From NCBI GenBank assembly GCA_045576195.1, contig JAZNFZ010000016.1:1-47365 (forward strand): a DNA stretch of 47,365 nucleotides, read 5' to 3'. Of this stretch, positions 17,039 to 27,028 are shown piece after piece (position 1 is the stretch's first letter; the number at the start of each line of letters is the position of its first letter). The notes under the pieces were generated by a model. It saw only the letters and a list, made by a program, of their open reading frames with translations. It did not search any database and was not told the DNA's origin. Both the position numbers and the translations under genes were made by a program. The stretch is from Eubacteriales bacterium (GTDB lineage: Bacteria; Bacillota; Clostridia; Oscillospirales; CAG-272).

Positions 17039-18252
17039 AAATTCTAATGGTCAACAAGTTCCTCTACCCCAACGGGGGGTCGGAGACCTACATATTTGAG
17101 CTGGGAAAGCACCTGATTGCCGAGGGCCACGAGGTAGAGTATTTCGGCATGGAGCACGAGGGCAGGATCGTGGGAAATCGCGTGGAGGCTTATACCTCCG
17201 ATATGGATTTCCACGGTGGCTCGAAGCTTGCAAAGCTCACCTATCCCATCAAAACCATCTATTCCCGCGAGGCGCGCAAAAAGATCCGCCTGGTGCTGGA
17301 CGATTTTAAGCCCGACGTGGTGCATCTCAACAATTTCAATTTTCAGCTTACCCCTTCTGTGATCTTGGAGGTCAAAAAATGGAGTAAGCAGACAGGGCAC
17401 GCCGTAAAAATCGTCTTTACCGCGCATGACTATCAGCTGGTTTGCCCCAATCACATGATGCGCGACCTGAAGAACAACACCAATTGCGAAAAATGCATTG
17501 GTGGCCATTTCGGGAACTGCGCCAAGGGCAAGTGCATCCACGGCTCGACCGCAAAATCCCTGATCGGCACAGCCGAGTCCTTTTACTGGACCTGGCGCAA
17601 AACCTATCGGCTGATCGACACGGTCATTTGCTGCTCCCACTTTATGAAAAGCAAGATGGACACCCACCCGCACCTGGTGGGCAAAACCGTGGCGCTTCAC
17701 AACTTCGTGGAGCTGCCCTCTCCCGCAGAGCCCGTCGAGAAAAAGGACTATGTGCTTTATTTCGGGCGCTTGTCCGAGGAAAAGGGCATCCGAACCCTTC
17801 TCTCGGTTTGCAAAAAGCTCCCGCACGTCAATTTCATCTTTGCGGGCGGCGGCCCTCTTGAAGAGCTGGTAAAGGATGTGCCCAACATCAAATTTGTGGG
17901 CTTTCAACGCGGCGAAGCGCTGCAAACCCTGATCCGCGAGGCACGCTTTTCAGTATATCCCTCCGAATGGTATGAGAATTGCCCCTTTTCGGTGATGGAG
18001 AGCCAGCTGCTCGGCACCCCCGTCGTGGGCGCCGACATCGGCGGCATTCCCGAGCTGATCTCCACGGGCGACCATCCCACGGGTATGCTTTTTGAAAGCG
18101 GCAACGCCGCGGCACTCGAAAAAGCCATCGATACACTCTGGCAGGATCGCGCCCTGCTCGCGGACTATACCGCCAACTGCAAAGAGATCCACTTCGATTC
18201 CCTCTCGGAATACGGCGAAAAGCTTTTGAAAATTTATCAAAATCCAGTCTGA
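17035..18252 (+). CDS. Glycosyltransferase family 4 with a Cys-rich insertion
   Basis: GGSETY, TAHDYQLVCP...CEKC...C...C, YFGRLSEEKG, PSEWYENCPFSVMES; ATGA overlap with the previous gene. Confidence 0.9.
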   Translation: MKILMVNKFLYPNGGSETYIFELGKHLIAEGHEVEYFGMEHEGRIVGNRVEAYTSDMDFHGGSKLAKLTYPIKTIYSREARKKIRLVLDDFKPDVVHLNNFNFQLTPSVILEVKKWSKQTGHAVKIVFTAHDYQLVCPNHMMRDLKNNTNCEKCIGGHFGNCAKGKCIHGSTAKSLIGTAESFYWTWRKTYRLIDTVICCSHFMKSKMDTHPHLVGKTVALHNFVELPSPAEPVEKKDYVLYFGRLSEEKGIRTLLSVCKKLPHVNFIFAGGGPLEELVKDVPNIKFVGFQRGEALQTLIREARFSVYPSEWYENCPFSVMESQLLGTPVVGADIGGIPELISTGDHPTGMLFESGNAAALEKAIDTLWQDRALLADYTANCKEIHFDSLSEYGEKLLKIYQNPV

Positions 18253-18342
18253 TTACAAAATTCGCTCAAATTGGTTGTACGGAACTAAGGAGCGGTCTCA
18301 AAAAACTAATCTAAATCCAAATTTACAAAGGAGTAGAACATC

Positions 18343-19236
18343 GTGAAAGGCATTATTTTAGCGGGAGGCTCCGGCACGCGGCTTTACCCGCTGACCAAGG
18401 TTACCTCCAAGCAATTGCTCCCCGTTTATGACAAACCCATGATCTATTATCCTATGTCCGTCCTGATGAGCGCCGGCATTCGAGAAATTTTGATCATCTC
18501 CACCCCTCAGGACACCCCTCGTTTCGAGGCGCTCCTTGGCGACGGCAGCCAATTCGGGCTCCACTTGTCTTATGCCGTCCAGCCCTCTCCTGACGGCCTT
18601 GCTCAGGCCTTTATCATCGGAGAAGAATTTGTTGGTGACGAGCCTGTTGCCATGATCCTTGGTGACAACATCTTTTGCGGCCACGGCTTAAAAAACCGCT
18701 TGCAAGTAGCGGTCAAAAATGCAGAATCCGGAAAAGGAGCCACTGTGTTTGGTTATTATGTCGATGACCCCGAGCGCTTTGGTATTGTAGAATTCGACCA
18801 AAACGGGCGTGCTGTTTCTATCGAGGAAAAGCCCAAGCACCCAAAAAGCAATTACTGTGTCACCGGGCTTTATTTCTATGACAATCGCGTCATAGAATAT
18901 GCCAAAAAGCTCAAGCCCTCCCTCAGAGGCGAGTTGGAGATCACGGACTTGAATCGCATTTATTTAAACCAAGGAGCGCTAAACGTGGAGTTGCTTGGAC
19001 GCGGCTTTACCTGGCTGGACACCGGCACTCATGAAAGCTTGGTTGAGGCAACTAACTTTGTCAAAACCTTGGAATCTCACCAACACCGAAAGCTAGCTTG
19101 TCTTGAAGACATTGCATATATGAACGGTTGGATCACCCGAGAGGATGTAGAGGCTGTAATCAAGGTCTACAAGAACCAATACGGACAGTATTTGCAGGAT
19201 GTGCTGGACGGTAAGTATATCGACATATTGCATTGA
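18343..19236 (+). CDS. rmlA: Glucose-1-phosphate thymidylyltransferase
   Basis: [17 protein letters not shown]...[34 protein letters not shown]. Confidence 0.97.
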   Translation: MKGIILAGGSGTRLYPLTKVTSKQLLPVYDKPMIYYPMSVLMSAGIREILIISTPQDTPRFEALLGDGSQFGLHLSYAVQPSPDGLAQAFIIGEEFVGDEPVAMILGDNIFCGHGLKNRLQVAVKNAESGKGATVFGYYVDDPERFGIVEFDQNGRAVSIEEKPKHPKSNYCVTGLYFYDNRVIEYAKKLKPSLRGELEITDLNRIYLNQGALNVELLGRGFTWLDTGTHESLVEATNFVKTLESHQHRKLACLEDIAYMNGWITREDVEAVIKVYKNQYGQYLQDVLDGKYIDILH

Positions 19237-19252
19237 AAGGAAACACGCGAGC

Positions 19253-20272
19253 ATGACAATCATCGTCACCGGCGGTGCCGGATTTATCGGATCTAACTTT
19301 GTATTCCATATGCTGAAAACTTATCCCGACTATCGCGTGATCTGCCTGGATAAGCTGACCTACGCGGGCAATCTTTCCACGCTGGCCCCCGTAATGGATA
19401 ACCCCAACTTCCGCTTTGTCAAGGCAGATATCTGCGACCGTCAGGCGGTGTATGGGCTTTTTGAGGAGGAACACCCCGATGTAGTGGTCAACTTTGCGGC
19501 CGAGAGCCACGTGGATCGCTCCATTGAAAATCCCGAGATCTTCCTGCAGACCAACATCCTCGGCACGCAGGTGCTGATGGATGCTTGCCGCAAATACGGC
19601 ATCACCCGCTACCACCAGGTCTCCACCGACGAGGTCTACGGCGACCTGCCGCTTGACCGCCCCGATCTGTTCTTCACCGAGGAGACCCCCATCCATACCA
19701 GCTCCCCCTATTCCAGCTCCAAGGCGGGTGCGGATCTTCTGGTAATGGCGTATCACCGCACCTATGGGCTTCCCGTTACCATCAGCCGCTGCTCCAACAA
19801 CTACGGCCCCTATCATTTCCCCGAGAAGCTGATCCCCCTGATGATCGCCAACGCTCTTGCCGACAAGCCCCTGCCGGTTTACGGAGAGGGCCTCAATGTG
19901 CGCGATTGGCTCTATGTGGAGGATCACTGCAAGGCCATCGATCTGATCATTCACAAGGGCCGCGTGGGCGAGGTCTACAACGTGGGCGGCCACAACGAAA
20001 AGCAGAACATTGAGATCGTTAAGATCATCTGCCGCGAGCTCGGCAAGCCCGAATCTCTGATCACCCACGTGGGTGACCGCAAGGGCCACGATATGCGCTA
20101 CGCCATCGACCCCACCAAGATCCACCGCGAGCTTGGCTGGCTGCCCGAAACCAAATTTGAGGACGGCATTAAAAAGACGATTCGCTGGTATCTTGACAAC
20201 CGCGAGTGGTGGGAGACCATCATCAGCGGCGAATATCAGCATTACTACGAAAAAATGTATGGGAACAGATAA
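19253..20272 (+). CDS. rmlB: dTDP-glucose 4,6-dehydratase
   Basis: Start at ATG 19253; VTGGAGFIGSN, DKLTYAGN, FAAESHVDRSI, VSTDEVYG, SPYSSSKA, NNYGP. Confidence 0.97.
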   Translation: MTIIVTGGAGFIGSNFVFHMLKTYPDYRVICLDKLTYAGNLSTLAPVMDNPNFRFVKADICDRQAVYGLFEEEHPDVVVNFAAESHVDRSIENPEIFLQTNILGTQVLMDACRKYGITRYHQVSTDEVYGDLPLDRPDLFFTEETPIHTSSPYSSSKAGADLLVMAYHRTYGLPVTISRCSNNYGPYHFPEKLIPLMIANALADKPLPVYGEGLNVRDWLYVEDHCKAIDLIIHKGRVGEVYNVGGHNEKQNIEIVKIICRELGKPESLITHVGDRKGHDMRYAIDPTKIHRELGWLPETKFEDGIKKTIRWYLDNREWWETIISGEYQHYYEKMYGNR

Positions 20273-20283
20273 GGAACAAGCAA

Positions 20284-21180
20284 ATGAAGGTTTTTGTCAC
20301 AGGTGTCGGCGGCCAACTCGGCTTTGATGTCATCAAAGAGCTGAGCCAACGCGGTCATATGGCAGTGGGAAGCGATATTTTAGATACCATTGCACTTGAT
20401 ATACCCTATACTCAACTCGACATCACCAACGCCGAAGAGGTCCGGCATATCTTGCAGGCAGAGCGCCCCGATGCTGTTGTGCACTGCGCCGCCTGGACTG
20501 CGGTGGACGCGGCCGAGGATGCGGAAAATATTGATAAAGTGTATGCTATCAATCATCATGGAACAGAAAACATCGCCAAGGCCTGCAAGGAGTTGAATTG
20601 TAAAATGATTTACATCAGCACCGATTATGTCTTTAACGGCGAAGGAACAGAACCGTGGCATCCTGATTGTAAGGAATATGCCCCGCTTAGCGTTTACGGA
20701 AAGACCAAGCTGGAAGGAGAGCTTGCAGTCTCTCGTCTGCTTGAAAAGTTTTTCATCGTTCGTATCGCCTGGGTTTTTGGTGTAAATGGAAAGAATTTTA
20801 TCAAAACCATGCTCAACGTAGGAAAAAAGTATGGCACTGTTCGGGTAGTGAATGACCAAATCGGCACTCCCACCTACACTCCGGATCTTGCTCGGCTATT
20901 GGTTGATATGCTTGAAACCGAAAAATACGGTTATTATCACGCCACCAACGAGGGTGGCTATATCTCCTGGTATGATTTCACCTGCGAGATCTTTAGGCAA
21001 GCAGGCTATACCACCCAAGTCGTTCCCGTAACGACAGAGGAATACGGGGTTTCTAAAGCCGCGCGCCCTCGCAACAGTCGTCTTGACAAGAGCAAGCTAA
21101 CCGAAAACGGTTTTTCCCTTCTCCCCACCTGGCAAAATGCACTTTGCCGTTATCTCAAAGAAATCGAGGAAGCAACATAA
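20284..21180 (+). CDS. rmlD: dTDP-4-dehydrorhamnose reductase
   Basis: Start at ATG 20284; VTGVGGQLG, HCAAWTAVDAAE, ISTDYVF, YGKTKLEGE, DQIGTPT. Confidence 0.96.
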   Translation: MKVFVTGVGGQLGFDVIKELSQRGHMAVGSDILDTIALDIPYTQLDITNAEEVRHILQAERPDAVVHCAAWTAVDAAEDAENIDKVYAINHHGTENIAKACKELNCKMIYISTDYVFNGEGTEPWHPDCKEYAPLSVYGKTKLEGELAVSRLLEKFFIVRIAWVFGVNGKNFIKTMLNVGKKYGTVRVVNDQIGTPTYTPDLARLLVDMLETEKYGYYHATNEGGYISWYDFTCEIFRQAGYTTQVVPVTTEEYGVSKAARPRNSRLDKSKLTENGFSLLPTWQNALCRYLKEIEEAT

Positions 21181-21782
21181 TGGGACAAATTAAGGTCACA
21201 AAAGCGCCCATAGAGGGTTTATACATTATTGAACCTACTGTTCACGGCGACAACCGCGGCTATTTTATGGAAACCTACAACCAAAAGGATATGCAGGATG
21301 CAGGGCTTAATATGGTGTTCGTGCAGGACAACCAGAGCATGTCCGTCAAAGGCGTGCTACGCGGTCTCCATTTTCAAAAGCAATATCCCCAAGGCAAGCT
21401 GGTGCGTGTCATCAAGGGTCGCGTGTTTGATGTAGCCGTCGATCTTCGCGGCGGCAGTAGCACATACGGCAAATGGTACGGCGTGGAGCTTTCGGAGGAA
21501 AACAAAAAGCAATTCTATATATCAGAGGGCTTTGCACACGGCTTCCTTGTGCTCAGCGATACGGCAGAGTTTTGCTATAAGGTCACCGACTTCTATCACC
21601 CCGGCGACGAAGGCGGTCTTGCCTGGAACGACCCGACGATTGGCATTGAGTGGCCTGAGTTAAACGGTACATATGCAGGAAGCGCCTCAGCCAATGGCTA
21701 TACCCTCTGTGACGGCACACCCTTGAATTTGTCAGAGAAGGATCAAAAATGGGCCAATCTGAAAGATATATTTCGGTTTTAA
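21180..21782 (+). CDS. rmlC: dTDP-4-dehydrorhamnose 3,5-epimerase
   Basis: TAATG overlap with rmlD; GDNRGYFME, FVQDNQS.S..GVLRGLHFQ, DVAVDLR, GFAHGF. Confidence 0.96.
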   Translation: MGQIKVTKAPIEGLYIIEPTVHGDNRGYFMETYNQKDMQDAGLNMVFVQDNQSMSVKGVLRGLHFQKQYPQGKLVRVIKGRVFDVAVDLRGGSSTYGKWYGVELSEENKKQFYISEGFAHGFLVLSDTAEFCYKVTDFYHPGDEGGLAWNDPTIGIEWPELNGTYAGSASANGYTLCDGTPLNLSEKDQKWANLKDIFRF

Positions 21783-21941
21783 TGGCCAAACGGCAAAAAA
21801 CTTTGAGGAAAGCAAAAATGTTCCGCGATTCCATCGCCAACCGTGCCAAAATCCGCCTCAATTTTCTGACAGGATACAACAAAAACTCTTTAAATTTTGC
21901 AAAAAAGCAATCCTAACACATTTTAAGCAAGAGGTGCATAT

Positions 21942-22961
21942 ATGTCAGCTACAGCGCATAAGCAAACAAGGCTAACTTGGGTAGACAACACAAAAATTTT
22001 TGCCTGCTTATTGGTTGGATTAGGACATTTGTTTCCATCGTTAATAGCACCCGGCATTCTCCCCTCTTGTGCGATAATTGAATGGTTTCAACACACTGTA
22101 TACACCTTCCACGTTCCCTTGTTTTTTATTTGCAGTGGATACCTTTACCAACAGTTTACAAAACTGCAATCTGGGAAAGAATACGGCATACATATTCTAA
22201 ATAAATTACTGGCATTAGGAATTCCCTACTTTGTATTTTCTTTCGCTACTTGGCTGATGAAAACGCTGTTTTCCTCTTCCGTAAATAGTGAAATCGGTGG
22301 ACTTTTTGAGACCCTGTTTCTGTCTCCAACGGCTCCCTACTGGTACTTGTATGTACTCTTTTTCTTGTTTGTCCTCGTTCTACCGGCACGCAATAATACA
22401 CATATGTGGATTCTCGTTGCTGCGTCAGTTTGCCTAAAAGGGCTTTATTCTTTCTCATTGATACCAAAAATATATCTCCTTTCTGCAATTTCTTGTTATG
22501 CCATTTGGTTTATTATTGGAATGTGTATGAGTCACTTCAAAGTGACGGAAAACACAAAAACAAAAAGAATCGTTCTTGCATTTTTTATCTCTTGTCCCAC
22601 GGCACTTAGCATTAGCATAATGCAATTTGTCTTTTCTTGGGAAAGTAACCTTTTGGATTTTACAGTTGGATTCTTCGCTTGCATAGGAGTCATTGCAGGT
22701 ATTATGCTTCTTTCAACTAAGTGGGCAGCACCAGAATGGCTCATTCATAGCATTATGCCCATCTACCTAACACATACCATATTTGCTGCGGGTGTTCGTG
22801 TTATGCTTTTGAAATTGAATTTGACCAATGGGATATTACATTTGCTTTTTGGATTCGTGTTTAGTTTTGCTGTGCCTATATTTGTGGCACAGGTGGGAAA
22901 TAACTGGAAGTGGATCGACTTCTTATTCTTCCCCACAAAATATATAAAATTCAGAAAATAA
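21942..22961 (+). CDS. Integral-membrane acyltransferase (Acyl_transf_3)
   Basis: RLTWVD..K....LVGLGH, YTFHVPLFFICSGYL, YWYLYVLF, IYLTH; about 10 TMs. Confidence 0.88.
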   Translation: MSATAHKQTRLTWVDNTKIFACLLVGLGHLFPSLIAPGILPSCAIIEWFQHTVYTFHVPLFFICSGYLYQQFTKLQSGKEYGIHILNKLLALGIPYFVFSFATWLMKTLFSSSVNSEIGGLFETLFLSPTAPYWYLYVLFFLFVLVLPARNNTHMWILVAASVCLKGLYSFSLIPKIYLLSAISCYAIWFIIGMCMSHFKVTENTKTKRIVLAFFISCPTALSISIMQFVFSWESNLLDFTVGFFACIGVIAGIMLLSTKWAAPEWLIHSIMPIYLTHTIFAAGVRVMLLKLNLTNGILHLLFGFVFSFAVPIFVAQVGNNWKWIDFLFFPTKYIKFRK

Positions 22962-23013
22962 AACAATCGTTCTTCTCGCCCATCAAAATTGTAGAAAAGG
23001 AAGTAAAGCATAA

Positions 23014-24084
23014 ATGAATACCTCGTCTAAAGCGACGCATTATCAAGGCTTGGATGGGCTCCGCGCCTTAGCAGCAATTGGCATCGTGTTGATGCATGTT
23101 CGGAGCAATGGAGGCTATCTTCTCCACGGATTTGTGTATGACTCGCTCATCCCCGCTTTGACCAACCTTGTATTTCTCTTTATGGTAATCAGCGCCTTTT
23201 CCATGTGCTGTGGTTACTATGAAAAATTCATAAACAATTCTATCACCTTGGGAAGCTTTTACGGCAAGCGATACGCCAAAATCTGGCCTTTTTTCGCAGT
23301 GTTATGTTGCTTCGATCTTCTACTTTCGCCCAGCAAGGAAGCACTGTATGAAACCTTTGCCAACCTGACCCTGGTATTCGGCTTGCTTCCCATCAATAAG
23401 ATCACCGTGATTGGCGTCGGTTGGTTTATTGGCACCGTTTTTGTTTTTTATCTGGTCTTTCCCTTCTTTTGCTATTTACTTTCCGACAAGAGGCGGGCTT
23501 GGTTCGCATTCGCAATCGCTATTTTATGGAACATCGTCTGCCAGCAATATTTTTTCCAACCCTCGTTTATAGGAATAGCCATCAGTGGAAGAACCAACTT
23601 TTTGTATAGCGCACAATTCTTCTTCACGGGCGGCATGATCTACCTGTACCGCGACAGGCTTGCTTGGTTTTCCAAAAGATACTGGTATCTTGCGTCGCTC
23701 ATCGCCATCGGAAGCGTTATTCTGTACTTTTTGCTCCCGTGGAAGACCTTCTTGGCTATGATCGTTGCAGCCGCATTGGTTGTTGTGGCCATCGGCATAG
23801 AACGCAAAGGGATTCTAAACAATGCCGTAACGCATTTTTTGAGCAACATCAGCATGGAAATTTATCTCTGCCATATGGTAGCCTTTCGGCTCTTGCAGAA
23901 GCTGCATCTGATTCAAGTTTCGAAAAACCACTTGCTTTCTTACTTGGTTGCATTTATCCTCACCCTTTCTTTATCCATCGCCATTTCCCTTGCTGTAAGG
24001 TGGGGGATCAGAGTCTTAAAAGCACAAGGCTCCGCCATTCTTTCAAAGTTAAAATCCCACAAAAAATCTCAACAGGAGAACTGA
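23014..24084 (+). CDS. Integral-membrane acyltransferase (Acyl_transf_3/OafA-like)
   Basis: LDGLRALAAIGIVLMH, LFMVISAF, FYGKRYAKIWP, SMEIYLCH. Confidence 0.88.
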   Translation: MNTSSKATHYQGLDGLRALAAIGIVLMHVRSNGGYLLHGFVYDSLIPALTNLVFLFMVISAFSMCCGYYEKFINNSITLGSFYGKRYAKIWPFFAVLCCFDLLLSPSKEALYETFANLTLVFGLLPINKITVIGVGWFIGTVFVFYLVFPFFCYLLSDKRRAWFAFAIAILWNIVCQQYFFQPSFIGIAISGRTNFLYSAQFFFTGGMIYLYRDRLAWFSKRYWYLASLIAIGSVILYFLLPWKTFLAMIVAAALVVVAIGIERKGILNNAVTHFLSNISMEIYLCHMVAFRLLQKLHLIQVSKNHLLSYLVAFILTLSLSIAISLAVRWGIRVLKAQGSAILSKLKSHKKSQQEN

Positions 24085-24085
24085 T

Positions 24086-25261
24086 ATGTCTGAAAAAAAA
24101 TTAAACGGCACAGTCATTGTGACCTATCGCTGCAATGCACGCTGCTCAATGTGCAACCGCTACAAGGCCCCCTCGAAGCCCGAGGAGGAGATCTCCATCG
24201 AAACCATCCGCAAGCTGCCCCCGATGTACTTCACCAACATCACGGGCGGCGAGCCCTTCATCCGTCAAGATCTCCCCGACATCGTGCGTGAGCTCTACAA
24301 AAAGAGCGACCGCATCGTCATCTCCACCAACGGCTACTTCACCGACCGCATTATCGCCCTTTGTAAGGAGTTCCCCCAGATCGGCATCCGCATTTCGATT
24401 GAGGGTCTGGAGCAAACCAACAATGAGATCCGCGGCCTTGACGACGGCTTTAACCGTGGCTACACCACCCTCAAAAAGCTGGTGGAAATGGGCATGAAGG
24501 ACGTGGGCTTCGGCATGACCGTGCAGGACAAGAACGCCCCCGATCTGGTGCCGCTTTATCTCCTCTCCAACGAGATGGGAATGGAGTTTGCCACCGCATC
24601 CTTACATAACAGCTTCTATTTTGTGGAGGCCAAGAACATCATTCACGACCGTCCTATGGTCGCACAGAATTTCGAGAACCTGATCAACGAGCTGCTGAAA
24701 TCCAACAGCCCCAAAAAATGGTTCCGCGCTTACTTTAACCACGGCCTGATCAACTACATTTACGGTCAGAAGCGTCTGCTTCCCTGCGATATGAGCTTTG
24801 ACACCTTCTTCATCGACCCCTACGGCGATGTCATGCCCTGCAACGGCACCAAGGACAAGGAGGTCATGGGCAACCTCAATGAGCAGAGCTGGGAGGAGCT
24901 TTGGAGCAGCGACGCTGCCGAGAGAGTCCGCGCCAAGGTTCGCTGCTGCGACCGCGACTGCTGGATGATCGGCTCGGTTTCCCCCGCGATGCACAAGTAT
25001 ATCGCAAAGCCCATGTGGTGGATCATTCGCCATAAGTTCTTCCGCTTCTTCAAGAAAAAGAAGTACAGCATGTATGAAAACCCCATCGTCCGCGATTACC
25101 GTGACGGCAAGATCTCAAAGGAGGAGCTGGATCGTTGCAGCACCTGCGACCTTCACGCCACCATCAACGACGGCCTCTCCGATGCCTCCCGTGAGCAGCT
25201 GAAGGGCAGGAGCGGCGAGGAGATCGTCGATGCGGATATCGCAAAACAGATGAAGGAGTAA
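24086..25261 (+). CDS. Radical SAM protein with a SPASM/twitch-type C-terminal domain
   Basis: CxxxCxxC (RCNARCSMC), TGGEP, STNG, ISIEG; LPC...IDPYGDVMPC...GNL...CCDRDC. Confidence 0.92.
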   Translation: MSEKKLNGTVIVTYRCNARCSMCNRYKAPSKPEEEISIETIRKLPPMYFTNITGGEPFIRQDLPDIVRELYKKSDRIVISTNGYFTDRIIALCKEFPQIGIRISIEGLEQTNNEIRGLDDGFNRGYTTLKKLVEMGMKDVGFGMTVQDKNAPDLVPLYLLSNEMGMEFATASLHNSFYFVEAKNIIHDRPMVAQNFENLINELLKSNSPKKWFRAYFNHGLINYIYGQKRLLPCDMSFDTFFIDPYGDVMPCNGTKDKEVMGNLNEQSWEELWSSDAAERVRAKVRCCDRDCWMIGSVSPAMHKYIAKPMWWIIRHKFFRFFKKKKYSMYENPIVRDYRDGKISKEELDRCSTCDLHATINDGLSDASREQLKGRSGEEIVDADIAKQMKE

Positions 25262-25312
25262 ACCAAAATAACGCTTCATCAAAAGAGAAAGATCCAAAAA
25301 AGAACCACAATC

Positions 25313-25831
25313 TTGTTTAAAACAATTTATCGCAGGAAAAGCGCCTTTTGGCGAAGTGAATATATGCGAAAGAAGCATATTTTCTACCATATGGGCAAAA
25401 ATGTACACTTCTTCAGCAATATTCCCTCAGATGCCTTTTTGGTGTCTATCGGAGATAATGTGGTGGTTGCTGCCGGTTGTGAATTTGTCACTCATGATAT
25501 CTTTTATCACGTATTCAATGCACAGTATAGCGACCTCGGCAAATTTTATCCCCACTTTGCCCCCATTGTAGTGGAAGACAATGTTTGCATCGGTGGTTTT
25601 GTAAAAATTATGCCCGGTGTGCGAATTGGACATAACTCTATTATTGCCGGAGGAAGCGTTGTAACAAAAGATGTGCCCAGCGGTGTGATTGTGGGAGGAA
25701 ACCCTGCCAAGGTCATTGGCACGGTCGAATCTCTTGCGAAAAAACGCGCTGAAAGCAGTGAACCCCACTTCACCATTCAAGACGATGTGGAAGTTGTGCA
25801 AGCAACCTATTTTACAAATAAAAAAGAATAG
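25313..25831 (+). CDS. Hexapeptide-repeat (left-handed beta-helix) acyltransferase; start uncertain, possibly ATA at 25268
   Basis: VSIGDNVVVA, FVTHD, PIVVEDNVCIG..VKIMPGVRIGHNSIIAGGSVVTKDVP..VIVGGNPAKVI. Confidence 0.85.
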   Translation: MFKTIYRRKSAFWRSEYMRKKHIFYHMGKNVHFFSNIPSDAFLVSIGDNVVVAAGCEFVTHDIFYHVFNAQYSDLGKFYPHFAPIVVEDNVCIGGFVKIMPGVRIGHNSIIAGGSVVTKDVPSGVIVGGNPAKVIGTVESLAKKRAESSEPHFTIQDDVEVVQATYFTNKKE

Positions 25832-25912
25832 CCGGTTGTACATCATCTCTGGCCAAGGTGCAAGGTCATTAAAAAATATAGTAAAAACAAACACTTGGGA
25901 AAAGGTATACCG

Positions 25913-26977
25913 ATGAAGATACTGATGCTTGTGAATTGGAAAATTCAATATTGCAAAAAAAAGCCGAATGACAAACAGCCACCGGATTATTTGGTTTCTG
26001 AACAAGATTATTGGTTCTATCGTTATTTTCTGAAAAAGCCGGAGGTGGATGTGATTGATATCCACTCTCTCCCTTGCCTGGAAAATTTTGAGAAAGAAAA
26101 GCTTCGGTTTTATGTCTGGCAAACCCTCAAGGCTATTCCCAAACTGGGGCAGTACGATTTGATCGTTTCCCACGGTATGCAAAGCGGTGTGGTGCTAAGT
26201 CTATGGAGGCGACTCTTCAAAACAAAAGCAAAGCACATTGTATTTGACATTGGCTCTTTTAACAGTGCTGCGGAAAGCGGTTTTGCGTTGAAGCTGATGC
26301 AGCATGCCAGCAAATCGATTGACGGACTAATTTATCATACAAGCAGTCAAATTGCATACTATAATCGCTTTTTTCCATGGATCGTACCCAAAAGCAAATT
26401 CATTCGGTTTGGCACAGATTTAGATTTCTTTGAAGCATCGGGATTACAGACCTCAGAGGATAAAGGCAACTACATAATTTGTGTTGGCTATGCAAAACGA
26501 GATTGGAATACCGTGATAACTGCTTATAAGCAATTAAATACACCAATAAAACTGCGGTTGGTGGGGCACGTGATTCAAGAGTATAACAATATACCCGGTG
26601 TGGAGCAATTGCCTTTTGTCCCGATTCGCGAGTTGATCAATCAAATACACAACTCCCTGTTCTGTGTGCTTCCGCTGGAATCTTTCAATTATTCCTACGG
26701 GCAAATGACGCTACTGCAGCAAATGGCCTTGGAAAAATGTGTTCTTACCGCAGAAGTTCCAAGCTTGGTTGATTATATTGAAAATGAAAAAACGGCTGTA
26801 TTGTATGAGCCTAAAAACGCAGATGACTTGGCATCCAAGATGAGTGTATTACTAAACAATGATGAATTGAGAAACAAAATTGGAAAGAACGCGGCACAAT
26901 ATCTGTACAGCAATTGCAATGAAAAAATCATGGCAGGTCAGATTGAATCGTATTACAATGAAATCGTAAATCAGTAA
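25913..26977 (+). CDS. Glycosyltransferase family 4 (divergent)
   Basis: Start at ATG 25913; ICVGYAKRDW, VLPL....YSYGQMTLLQQMAL, DYIENEKTAVLYEPKNADDL. Confidence 0.8.
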   Translation: MKILMLVNWKIQYCKKKPNDKQPPDYLVSEQDYWFYRYFLKKPEVDVIDIHSLPCLENFEKEKLRFYVWQTLKAIPKLGQYDLIVSHGMQSGVVLSLWRRLFKTKAKHIVFDIGSFNSAAESGFALKLMQHASKSIDGLIYHTSSQIAYYNRFFPWIVPKSKFIRFGTDLDFFEASGLQTSEDKGNYIICVGYAKRDWNTVITAYKQLNTPIKLRLVGHVIQEYNNIPGVEQLPFVPIRELINQIHNSLFCVLPLESFNYSYGQMTLLQQMALEKCVLTAEVPSLVDYIENEKTAVLYEPKNADDLASKMSVLLNNDELRNKIGKNAAQYLYSNCNEKIMAGQIESYYNEIVNQ

Positions 26978-27028
26978 TACAACATAAAAAATAAAGTAAT
27001 TGATGATTTGGAGACAAAGGAGACAAAT

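Noticed and set aside
15902-20242. Minus-strand ORFs 15902-17035, 17044-17925 and 19160-20242
   Set aside because: Antisense to the GT4 genes and rmlB, which have clear motifs.
24093-25962. A8 tracts near the 5' ends of the radical SAM gene (24093-24100) and a GT4 (25955-25962) as phase-variation sites
   Set aside because: They are short, in frame and explained by Lys codons common at gene starts; read-level length variation would be needed.
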